Source of the DNA: Betaproteobacteria bacterium | GTDB lineage: Bacteria > Pseudomonadota > Gammaproteobacteria > Burkholderiales > Burkholderiaceae_C | Direction of reading: 5' to 3' | DNA: 64,000 bases | NCBI GenBank assembly: GCA_037443665.1 | Contig: JBBINW010000009.1 | Coordinates: 6,182-70,181 of the forward strand | Shown here: positions 56,136 to 64,000 of the stretch, in pieces | Layout: the number at the start of each line of letters is the position of its first letter | How positions within the stretch are numbered: position 1 is the first letter of the stretch | Notes under the pieces: model-generated | Told to the model about the DNA's origin: nothing | Seen by the model: only the letters and a program-made list of their open reading frames with translations | Databases searched by the model: none | Program-made: the position numbers and the translations under genes

Positions 56136-56930
56136 TCAGTCGGCGACCGCGGCCCGGTAGGCGTGCCAGGAAGCATGCCCGACCACCGGGCCCGCGATCA
56201 GCAGGCCGGCGAACCAGGGCAGCAGCGCCAGCCCCACGATCACCGCGATCAGCAGGCCCCACCAGGCCATCACACCGGCCTGTGCGAGGACCAAGCGGAT
56301 GCTCGTCAGGCCAGCGCTGATGGCGTCGGTCGGGCGGTCCAGGATCATCGGGATCGAGACGACGCTGATGGCGTAGATCAGCGTCGCGAAGAGGGCGCCG
56401 ACGACCGCCCACGCGACGATGAAGGTCAGGTTCTCCGGCGCCAGCAGCGCCAGCAGCGAGCCCTTGAAATCCGGCATCCCGTCGAACGTGACGGCAAAAA
56501 CGACCAGCGTCGTGCGCGCCCACAGCATCTCCAGGATCAGCAGCACGAAACCGAAGATGCCGAGCTGTGCGGTGCGCGTGTCCCAGGCCATCAGCGAGTC
56601 GGCGAGATCGGGCCGCTCGCCCGCCTCGAGCTTCTGGCTGACGCGGTACAGGCCCAGGCACATGAAGGGCCCCACCAGCAGGAAGCCGCCCGACAGCCCG
56701 AGCGTGTAGGGAGGCGCGTGCTCGAACACCGCCAGCAGGGCCCATCCCATGACCGTGAAGCAGCCGCCATAGAACAGCCCGATGCCCGGCGCGCGGACGA
56801 AGTCGCGCCAGCCCAGCGCCAGCCACCGCAGCGGGTCGGCATAGGCCAGGGTCCGCAGGCCCACCAGCGGCAGGTCCGCATCCGGCGGCGCGTTGTGCTC
56901 AGCCGCGGCGGGTTCGACGATTTCGTTCAT
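56136..56930 (-). CDS. DUF2189-like integral membrane protein
   Basis: WLALGWRDF, GPFMCLGLYRVS, GHASWHAYR. Confidence 0.8.
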   Translation of the reverse strand: MNEIVEPAAAEHNAPPDADLPLVGLRTLAYADPLRWLALGWRDFVRAPGIGLFYGGCFTVMGWALLAVFEHAPPYTLGLSGGFLLVGPFMCLGLYRVSQKLEAGERPDLADSLMAWDTRTAQLGIFGFVLLILEMLWARTTLVVFAVTFDGMPDFKGSLLALLAPENLTFIVAWAVVGALFATLIYAISVVSIPMILDRPTDAISAGLTSIRLVLAQAGVMAWWGLLIAVIVGLALLPWFAGLLIAGPVVGHASWHAYRAAVAD

Positions 56931-56994
56931 GGCCGCAGCTTATGCGGCCCGGCGCTGCGCCGGCACCCGGAGATGCCCGCAGGCGCCGGCGGGC

Positions 56995-57528
56995 TCACCG
57001 GCCGCGTCGCACCCGCAGCAGTTCGTCCAGGATCAGGCAGGCCGCACCCAGCGTGATCGCGCTGTCGGCGAGGTTGAAAGCTGGGAAGTAGCCGCCCTCG
57101 AACAGCGGTGAAAGGAAGCGGAAGTGGAACTGCAGGAAATCGACCACGTAGCCGTGGAGCAGGCGGTCGAGCACGTTGCCCAGCGCGCCGCCCATGATCA
57201 TGCTGACCGCGAAGCAGAACAGCTTCTGCGTCGGGTGTTTGCGGATCATCCAGACGATGAAGCCCGACGCCGCCAGCCCGAGCGCGGTGAAGGCCCAGCG
57301 CTGCCAGCCCGAGGCGCCGGCCATGAACGAGAACGCGGCGCCGCGGTTGTGGGCCCGCACGAGGCTGAAGAAGTGCGTCACCGAGCGCACCTCGCCGAGC
57401 GAGAGCGCGGCCACGACCATCGTCTTGGCGACTTGGTCGGCCAGCACCACCATGGCCGACAGGCCCAGCCACAGCCACAGGCCGGGGCCGCCGCCGGCGC
57501 CGCGGCCCGCACCCCCACGCGCGGCCAT
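56995..57528 (-). CDS. lspA: Lipoprotein signal peptidase II
   Basis: [30 protein letters not shown]. Confidence 0.95.
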   Translation of the reverse strand: MAARGGAGRGAGGGPGLWLWLGLSAMVVLADQVAKTMVVAALSLGEVRSVTHFFSLVRAHNRGAAFSFMAGASGWQRWAFTALGLAASGFIVWMIRKHPTQKLFCFAVSMIMGGALGNVLDRLLHGYVVDFLQFHFRFLSPLFEGGYFPAFNLADSAITLGAACLILDELLRVRRGR

Positions 57529-57530
57529 GC

Positions 57531-60395
57531 TCAGGCCACCCGGCGCGTCTCGCCGGCGCCGTAGAGGTTGCTGGTGCAGCGCCGGCACAGCCCGGGGTGC
57601 GCTGGGTCGTGGCCGACGTCGTCGCGCCAGTGCCAGCAGCGCTCGCACTTGACGGCGCCGCTGGCCTTCACCGTGACGCCCAGCGCATCGCCGGCGCACA
57701 GCGTGGCGCGCGAGGTGATGAGCACGAACTTGAGGTCGTCGCCCAGCGATTCGAGCAGCGCGTGGTCTTCGGCGCCGGCGGTGACCGTCACCTCGGCCTG
57801 TAGCGACGACCCGAGGCCGCCGGCGGCGCGCACGGCCTCGATCTCCTTGTTGACCGCGTCGCGCAGCTCGCGCAGGCGCGCCCAGCGGGCCAGCAGCGCG
57901 ACCGAATCCGTGCCCTGCGTGTCGAAGCGTACGAAGGTCTCGGTGAAGATCGTGCCCGAGAAGCCGGGCTGTCCACCGGCGAAGACCTGCCACGCCTCCT
58001 CGGCCGTGAAGCTGAGGAACGGCGCCATCCAGCGCAGCATCGCGTGCGTGATCCGCGCCAGCGCCGTCTGCGCGCTGCGCCGCGCGTGCGAGTCCGGGGC
58101 GGTGGTGTAGAGCCGGTCCTTCAGCACGTCGAGGTAGAACGCGCCCAGATCCTCGGCGCAGAACACCTGCAGCTTTGCAACCACGGGATGGAACTCGTAG
58201 ACGTCGTAGTGCCTCAGCATCTCGGCCTGCAGTTCGGCGGTGCGCGCCAGCGCCCAGCGGTCGATCTCGAGCATCTCGGCCACCGGCACGGCGTTCTTCG
58301 CGGCGTCGAAATCCGAGGTGTTGGCGAGCAGGAAGCGAAGCGTGTTGCGGATCCTGCGGTAGCTGTCCACCACGCGGGCGAGGATCTTGTCGTCGATGCT
58401 CAGGTCGCCCGAGTAGTCGGTGGCCGCGCACCACAGGCGGATGATCTCGGCACCGAGCTGGCTCGTGACGGTGCGCATCTCGACGAAGTTGCCGAGCGAC
58501 TTGCTCATCTTGCGGCCGGCGCCGTCGACCGCGAAGCCGTGGGTCAGCAGGCCGCGGTAGGGCGCGTGGCCCTCGATCGCGCAGCCGATCAGCAGCGACG
58601 AGTGGAACCAGCCGCGGTGCTGGTCGTGACCCTCGAGGTAGAGGTCCGCCTCCGGGCCGGTCGCGTGATGGCCCGGGTTGCCTGGCGGCCCTTCGTGCGA
58701 GCCGCGCAGCACGTGGCTGAAGGTCGAGCCGGAGTCGAACCAGACGTCGAGGATGTCGTTGCTCTTGGCGTAGTGCTCGGCGTCGGCGCCCAGCCACGCG
58801 GCCGGGTCGAGCCGGCTCCAGGCCTCGACGCCGCCTTGCTCGACCAGCACCGCAGCGCGTTCCATCAGCGCCAGCGTGTCGGGGTGCAGCTCGCCCGTCG
58901 CCTTGTGCAGGAGGAAAGGCAGCGGCACGCCCCAGCTGCGCTGGCGGCTGATGCACCAGTCGGGGCGGCCGGCGATCATGTCGCGCAGGCGGGCCTTGCC
59001 GTTGTCGGGGTAGAAGCCGGTCTGCTCGATCGCCGCCAGCGCCGTGCGGCGAAGCGTGTCCGGCGCCTTGTCGGTGGTGAAGACGCCCTCGCCCTCGTCC
59101 ATGCGCACGAACCACTGCGCGGCGGCGCGATAGACCACCGGCGTCTTGTGGCGCCAGCAATGCGGATAGCTGTGCAGCAGTTCGCCCTGGGCCAGCAGGC
59201 GGCCGGCGTCGGCGAGCGCCTTCACGATCGCCGGCTGCGCCTTCCAGATGTGCTGGCCGCCGAACAGCGGCAGCGCCGCTTCGTAGGCGCCGTGGCCCTG
59301 CACCGGGTTGAGGATCTCGTCGGCCTTCATCCCGTGGGCCAGGCACGAGTTGAAGTCATCGACGCCGTAGGCCGGCGACGAGTGGACGACGCCGGTGCCG
59401 TCCTCGGCGGTGGCGTAGTCGGCCAGGTAGACGGGGGCGACGCGGTCGTAGCCTCCGTCGACGGCGGCCAGCGGATGGCGGAACCTCAGGCCTGCGAGCA
59501 TTTCGCCCCGGGCCGTCGCGATCACGCGGCCCTGCAGGCCCCAGCGCGCGAGGCAGGCCTCAACCAGCGCCTCGGCGACCAGCATCACGCCACGCTCGGT
59601 CTCGACCAGCGCGTAGGGCAGGGTGGGGTTGAGGTTGAGCGCCTGGTTGGCCGGCAGAGTCCACGGCGTCGTGGTCCAGATCACCGCGAAGGCGTCGCGC
59701 GGCAGCGACGCGAGGCCGAACGCCGCTGCCAGCTGGTCGGGCTCGGCGGCGTCGAAGGCGACATCGACGGCGATGCTCTTCTTGTCGGCGTATTCGATCT
59801 CGAACTCGGCCAGCGAGGAGCCGCAGTCGAAGCACCAATAGACTGGCTTCTGGCCGCGATAGACGAAGCCGCGCTCGACCAGGCGCTTGAGCACGCGGAT
59901 CTCGCCGGCCTCGTTCGCGAAGTCCATCGTGCGGTAGATGTGATCCCAGTCGCCGAGCACACCCAGGCGCTTGAAGTCCGCCATCTGCTGCGCGATCTGC
60001 TCGCTGGCGTAGGCGCGCGACAGCGCCTGCACCTTCTCGCGCGGCAGGCCGCGGCCATGGTCTTTCTCGATCTGGTTCTCGATCGGCAGGCCGTGGCAGT
60101 CCCAGCCCGGCACGTAGCGGGCGTCGAAGCCGGCCAGCTGGCGGCTCTTGACAACCATGTCCTTCAGAATCTTGTTGACCGCATGCCCGATGTGCAGCTT
60201 GCCGTTGGCGTAGGGCGGACCGTCGTGCAGCACGAACAGCGGCGCGCCTCGGCGCGCAGCGCGAAGCCGCTGATACCGGCCGCCGTCGTCCCAGCCCTTG
60301 ATCCAGCCCGGCTCGCGCTTGGGCAGGTCGCCGCGCATCGGAAACGGCGTGTCGGGGAGGTTGAGGGTGCTGCGGTAGTCAGGCGTGGTGCTCAT
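57531..60395 (-). CDS. ileS: Isoleucine-tRNA ligase (type 1)
   Basis: [34 protein letters not shown]-terminal CERCW zinc finger. Confidence 0.98.
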   Translation of the reverse strand: MSTTPDYRSTLNLPDTPFPMRGDLPKREPGWIKGWDDGGRYQRLRAARRGAPLFVLHDGPPYANGKLHIGHAVNKILKDMVVKSRQLAGFDARYVPGWDCHGLPIENQIEKDHGRGLPREKVQALSRAYASEQIAQQMADFKRLGVLGDWDHIYRTMDFANEAGEIRVLKRLVERGFVYRGQKPVYWCFDCGSSLAEFEIEYADKKSIAVDVAFDAAEPDQLAAAFGLASLPRDAFAVIWTTTPWTLPANQALNLNPTLPYALVETERGVMLVAEALVEACLARWGLQGRVIATARGEMLAGLRFRHPLAAVDGGYDRVAPVYLADYATAEDGTGVVHSSPAYGVDDFNSCLAHGMKADEILNPVQGHGAYEAALPLFGGQHIWKAQPAIVKALADAGRLLAQGELLHSYPHCWRHKTPVVYRAAAQWFVRMDEGEGVFTTDKAPDTLRRTALAAIEQTGFYPDNGKARLRDMIAGRPDWCISRQRSWGVPLPFLLHKATGELHPDTLALMERAAVLVEQGGVEAWSRLDPAAWLGADAEHYAKSNDILDVWFDSGSTFSHVLRGSHEGPPGNPGHHATGPEADLYLEGHDQHRGWFHSSLLIGCAIEGHAPYRGLLTHGFAVDGAGRKMSKSLGNFVEMRTVTSQLGAEIIRLWCAATDYSGDLSIDDKILARVVDSYRRIRNTLRFLLANTSDFDAAKNAVPVAEMLEIDRWALARTAELQAEMLRHYDVYEFHPVVAKLQVFCAEDLGAFYLDVLKDRLYTTAPDSHARRSAQTALARITHAMLRWMAPFLSFTAEEAWQVFAGGQPGFSGTIFTETFVRFDTQGTDSVALLARWARLRELRDAVNKEIEAVRAAGGLGSSLQAEVTVTAGAEDHALLESLGDDLKFVLITSRATLCAGDALGVTVKASGAVKCERCWHWRDDVGHDPAHPGLCRRCTSNLYGAGETRRVA

Positions 60396-60529
60396 CTGGT
60401 GCTCGTCGGGTGCGCAGGGCTTGGCGCTGGCGCAGGCCGCTGCGCGGCGGCTTGCAGGTCGGTCCAGGGGGCGCTTTGCGGGGTGCTCGTCACCGCAGGT
60501 GCCGGCGCGGCACCTGCGGCGGGCCCGCG

Positions 60530-60649
60530 TCAGGCGACCGACCGGATAATTCGGTCGCGCGTGGCCTGCCGCCGCGTGGTGGCGTGCCAACGCAAGGTCA
60601 TCCGGCAGGGGGCCAGGCGAGTCGGGGACGGCTGCCACATCAGTTGCAT
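60530..60649 (-). CDS. Candidate ileS leader peptide, 39 aa ([39 protein letters not shown])
   Basis: TAAAAT (60657-62)-N7-ATG; tandem ATT ATC codons in a hairpin loop; 12-bp hairpin after the stop. Confidence 0.5.
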   Translation of the reverse strand: MQLMWQPSPTRLAPCRMTLRWHATTRRQATRDRIIRSVA

Positions 60650-60780
60650 CCCGCCGATTTTAGCGACCGCCCGCGGGCGACGACGCCGATCGCCGGCAGT
60701 GGCGGTCCGCGCAGGTCACGTGGTTACCATGCAGCATCGCGTGCGGGCGTCGTTCGCGCCCGCCTTGCCGGAGATCCCAG

Positions 60781-61734
60781 ATGCAGAAAGCCTTCGCCTC
60801 CCAGGCCGACCTCGAAGCCAAGCAGGTCAGCTTCACGCAGCTGTCCGCCAACGCCTACGCCTACACCGCCGAGGGCGACCCCAACACCGGCGTGATCATC
60901 GGCGACGACGCGGTGATGGTCATCGACACCCAGGCCACGCCGGTGATGGCGCAGGACGTGATCCGGCGCATCCGCGAGGTCACCGACAAACCGATCGACT
61001 ACGTCGTGCTCAGCCATTACCACGCCGTGCGCGTGCTCGGCGCCTCGGCGTACGGCGCGCGCCACGTCGTCGCCAGTCGCGACACCTACGACCTGATCGT
61101 CGAGCGCGGTGAAGCCGACAAGGCGAGCGAGATCGCCCGCTTTCCGCGCCTGTTCCAGGCCGTCGAGTCGGTGCCGCCGGGCATGACCTGGCCGACCATC
61201 ACCTTCAGCGGCGCGATGTCGATCTGGCTCGGCAAGCTCGAGGTGCAGCTGCTGCAGCTCGGGCGCGGCCACACCAAGGGCGACACGGTGGGCTGGCTGC
61301 CGCAGCAGAAGATCCTGTTCTCTGGCGACCTGGTCGAGTTCGGCGCCACGCCCTATGCCGGCGACGCCTACTTCAAGGACTGGCCGCAGACGCTAGACCG
61401 GCTGGCGGCGCTGGCGCCGGCCAAGCTGGTGCCCGGCCGCGGCGCCGCGCTGACCACGCCCGAGGCCGTGGCTGCGGGGCTGGCCGGCACGCGCAGCTTC
61501 ATCGCGGACGTACGCGACAGCGTCGCCGCCGGCATCGCCGCCGGGAAGGACCTGAACGCGGTCTACAAGGAGACGATGGCCCGCCTGGCGCCGAAGTACG
61601 GGCAATGGGTGATCTTCCAGCACTGCATGCCGTTCGACGTCACGCGCTGCTACGACGAGCTCACGCAGTACCCCGACCCGCGCATCTGGACGGCGGAGCG
61701 CGACCGCCAGATGTGGCTGGCGCTGGAGTCCTGA
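60781..61734 (+). CDS. MBL-fold hydrolase with atypical metal motif
   Basis: EGDPNTGVIIGDD, SHYHAVR in place of HxHxDH, GRGHTKGD, SGDLVE, PGRG. Confidence 0.82.
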   Translation: MQKAFASQADLEAKQVSFTQLSANAYAYTAEGDPNTGVIIGDDAVMVIDTQATPVMAQDVIRRIREVTDKPIDYVVLSHYHAVRVLGASAYGARHVVASRDTYDLIVERGEADKASEIARFPRLFQAVESVPPGMTWPTITFSGAMSIWLGKLEVQLLQLGRGHTKGDTVGWLPQQKILFSGDLVEFGATPYAGDAYFKDWPQTLDRLAALAPAKLVPGRGAALTTPEAVAAGLAGTRSFIADVRDSVAAGIAAGKDLNAVYKETMARLAPKYGQWVIFQHCMPFDVTRCYDELTQYPDPRIWTAERDRQMWLALES

Positions 61735-61781
61735 ACCCTCCTGAACCCGATCGGACCCCCGACCCGCGAGGAGACGCCGCC

Positions 61782-62327
61782 GTGGCCATCGAACGCATCC
61801 ACCACGTCGCCTACCGCTGCCGCGACGCCCGTCAGACCGTGCTCTGGTACCGCGAGCACCTGGGCATGGAATTCGTGCTCGCGATCGCCGAGGACCAGGT
61901 GCCTTCGACGCACGCGCCCGACCCCTACATGCACGTGTTCCTCGATGCCGGCGGCGGCAATGTGCTGGCCTTCTTCGAGCTGCCGAACGCGCCTGCGATG
62001 GGGCGTGACGAGCACACACCCGATTGGGTGCAGCACATCGCGTTCAAGGTCGGCTCGGTCGACGAGCTGATGGCCACGAAGGCGCGGCTCGATGCGGCCG
62101 GGATCGCGGTGGTCGGGCCCACCGACCACACGATCTTCAGCTCGATCTACTTCTTCGACCCCAACGGCCACCGCGTCGAGTTGGCCGCCGACACCGCGAC
62201 GCCCGAGATGAATTCGCGGCTCGACGCCGTGAAGTGGGCGATGCTCGATGAATGGGCGCAGACGCGCCGCGCGCCGCGCCATGCGGCGTGGATGCACGAG
62301 AAGGAGTTCGCTGCCGACGCGAAGTGA
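61782..62327 (+). CDS. VOC/glyoxalase family protein
   Basis: GAGGAG RBS; IHHVAY, QHIAF, YFFDPNGHRVEL. Confidence 0.85.
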   Translation: MAIERIHHVAYRCRDARQTVLWYREHLGMEFVLAIAEDQVPSTHAPDPYMHVFLDAGGGNVLAFFELPNAPAMGRDEHTPDWVQHIAFKVGSVDELMATKARLDAAGIAVVGPTDHTIFSSIYFFDPNGHRVELAADTATPEMNSRLDAVKWAMLDEWAQTRRAPRHAAWMHEKEFAADAK

Positions 62328-62337
62328 AGCGCACGCC

Positions 62338-64000
62338 ATGCTCAGCACCTACACCTACCCTCAATACGCCTACCGGCGGCCGCCCGAGCTCGGCGCGCCG
62401 GGCAGGGCGGTCCGGCGCCCGGTGGTGGTCGTCGGTGCCGGCCCGGTGGGCGTTGCCGCGGCGATCGACCTCGCTCAGCAGGGCCTGCCTGTGCTGCTGC
62501 TCGACGAGGACGACACCGTCAGCGTCGGTTCGCGCGGCCTGTGCTGGGCCAAGCGCACGCTGGAGATCCTCGACCGGCTGGGCTGCGGCGACGCGGTGGT
62601 CGACAAGGGCGTGACCTGGAACGTCGGCCGCACCTTCCACCGCGACGACGAGATCTTCAGCTTCAACCTGCTGCCCGAGGCCGGCCATCGTCGCCCCGGC
62701 ATGGTCAACCTGCAGCAGTACTACCTCGAGCAGACGCTGGTCGAGCGCGCGCAGGTGCTGCCGGCGATCGAGCTGCGCTGGAAGAGCCGCGTCGTCGCCG
62801 TGCGGCCTGGCGACGACGGGGTGCAGATCGAGGTCGAGACCGTCGACGGCCGCTACACGCTGCAGGCCGACTGGTTGATCGCGGCCGACGGCGCGCGCAG
62901 CCCGATCCGCCACATGCTGGGTCTGGACATGGACGGCCAAGTGTTCCGGGACCGCTTCCTGATCGCCGACGTCGTGATGAAGGCCGACTTCCCGGCCGAG
63001 CGCTGGTTCTGGTTCGACCCGCCTTTCCACCCGGGCCAGAGCGTGCTGCTGCACCGCGGGGCCGACAACGTCTGGCGCATCGACTTTCAGCTCGGGTGGA
63101 GCGCCGACCCCGAGGTGGAGCGCCAGCCCGAGCGCGTCGCGCCGCGCATCCGCGCGATGCTGGGCCCCGATCGCGAGTTCGAGCTCGAATGGGTCAGCGT
63201 CTACACGTTCCAGTGCCGGCGCATGCAGCGCTTCAGGCACGGCCGCGTGCTGTTCGTCGGCGACGCCGCGCACCAGGTCTCGCCCTTCGGTGCGCGCGGT
63301 GCCAACTCGGGCATCCAGGACACCGACAACCTGGCCTGGAAGCTCGCCCTGGTGATCGCGGGCCAGGCTCCGCCGACGCTGCTCGACAGCTACAGCAACG
63401 AGCGCGTGGCCGCCGCCGACGAGAACCTGCTCAACTCGACGCGCTCGACCGACTTCATTACGCCGAAGAGCCAGGTGTCGCGCGACTTCCGTAACGCGGT
63501 GCTGACGCTGGCGCGCAAGCACGCCTTCGCGCGCGGACTGGTCAATTCCGGCCGCCTGTCGGTGCCGGCGACGCTGAGCGGCTCGGCGCTGAACACGTCC
63601 GACGTCGATGCCTTCGCGTGCGACCTGTGTCCGGGCGCGCCGATCGCCGATGCGCCGGTGCTGCGCCAGGGCGGCGCCGACTGGTTGCTGCCGCAGACGG
63701 GCGGGCGCTTCTTGTTGATGCTCTTCGTCGCCGCGGCCGAGGGCGTGCCGGCCGCGACCCGACTCGCGCTGCGCGAACTGGCCGCTGCGCCGCTGCCCAT
63801 GCACACGCTGCTCGTGGCCGGCATCGACGGCGATGCACCGGCCGGCTGTGCGCTGGTCGTCGACGGGCAGGGGCTGGTCGCGAAGCGCTTCGACGCCCGG
63901 CCGGGCACGGCCTACCTGCTGCGGCCCGACCAGCACGTGGCCGCGCGCTGGCGCCGCTTTGACGCGGCGACGGTGCGGGCCGCGCTGGCCCGCGCCACCG
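62338..64000 (+). CDS. FAD-dependent aromatic monooxygenase (MhpA/PheA-like), 3'-truncated by the window edge; absent from the ORF track because it has no stop in the window
   Basis: ATG 62338; VVVVGAGPVG, AADGARS, GDAAHQVSPFGARGANSGIQD; C-terminal RPDQHVAAR. Confidence 0.88.
   Translation, partial: MLSTYTYPQYAYRRPPELGAPGRAVRRPVVVVGAGPVGVAAAIDLAQQGLPVLLLDEDDTVSVGSRGLCWAKRTLEILDRLGCGDAVVDKGVTWNVGRTFHRDDEIFSFNLLPEAGHRRPGMVNLQQYYLEQTLVERAQVLPAIELRWKSRVVAVRPGDDGVQIEVETVDGRYTLQADWLIAADGARSPIRHMLGLDMDGQVFRDRFLIADVVMKADFPAERWFWFDPPFHPGQSVLLHRGADNVWRIDFQLGWSADPEVERQPERVAPRIRAMLGPDREFELEWVSVYTFQCRRMQRFRHGRVLFVGDAAHQVSPFGARGANSGIQDTDNLAWKLALVIAGQAPPTLLDSYSNERVAAADENLLNSTRSTDFITPKSQVSRDFRNAVLTLARKHAFARGLVNSGRLSVPATLSGSALNTSDVDAFACDLCPGAPIADAPVLRQGGADWLLPQTGGRFLLMLFVAAAEGVPAATRLALRELAAAPLPMHTLLVAGIDGDAPAGCALVVDGQGLVAKRFDARPGTAYLLRPDQHVAARWRRFDAATVRAALARAT

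Noticed and set aside
60539-60555. tRNA-Ile anticodon-arm mimic in the ileS leader (thrS-style operator)
   Set aside because: A 5-bp stem with a 7-nt loop can be drawn, but the loop centre is UUA, not the Ile anticodon GAU
60534-60558. Second PaaR operator in the ileS/MBL intergenic region
   Set aside because: The ACCGA and TCGGT half-sites are 9 nt apart rather than 4; better explained as an RNA hairpin

Overview
A high-GC Burkholderiales chromosome segment. Gene order and sequence style suggest a Rubrivivax/Ideonella-like Sphaerotilaceae member; that taxonomy is inference. Most of the window is core or metabolic. It contains a truncated Liv-type ABC transporter plus a single-barrel MetE-like enzyme, pepB-like and dusC genes, and a phenylacetate operon (paaG-I-K-ABCDE plus TetR/PaaR with a palindromic operator). 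It also holds tRNA-Thr(CGT) with three flanking hypothetical genes, surE-pcm-nlpD-rpoS-rlmD, carAB-greA, yhbY/rlmE-ftsH-folP-glmM and phoU-phoR (no phoB or pstSCAB). Further along are rpmE2, rho, trxA, addBA, a coupled pseudokinase-HDOD / Ser-Thr kinase-HDOD-GAF pair, SRP RNA, cfa, a divergent purM-like gene, dnaX-ybaB-recR, lspA-ileS (no ribF) and an MBL/VOC/FAD-monooxygenase cluster that runs off the end. I saw no CRISPR array, IS, integrase or prophage. The best candidates for undescribed biology are: (1) a 39-codon uORF upstream of ileS, apparently leaderless, ending in RRQATRDR-Ile-Ile with the Ile codons in a hairpin loop (possible Ile-sensing leader that resembles the RibF C-terminal tail from memory); (2) the kinase/pseudokinase HDOD pair; (3) a conserved-looking hypothetical with a degenerate His-Me/HNH-like motif beside the tRNA; (4) a leaderless uORF coupled to dnaX. 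All calls come from reading motifs by eye; no database searches were run.
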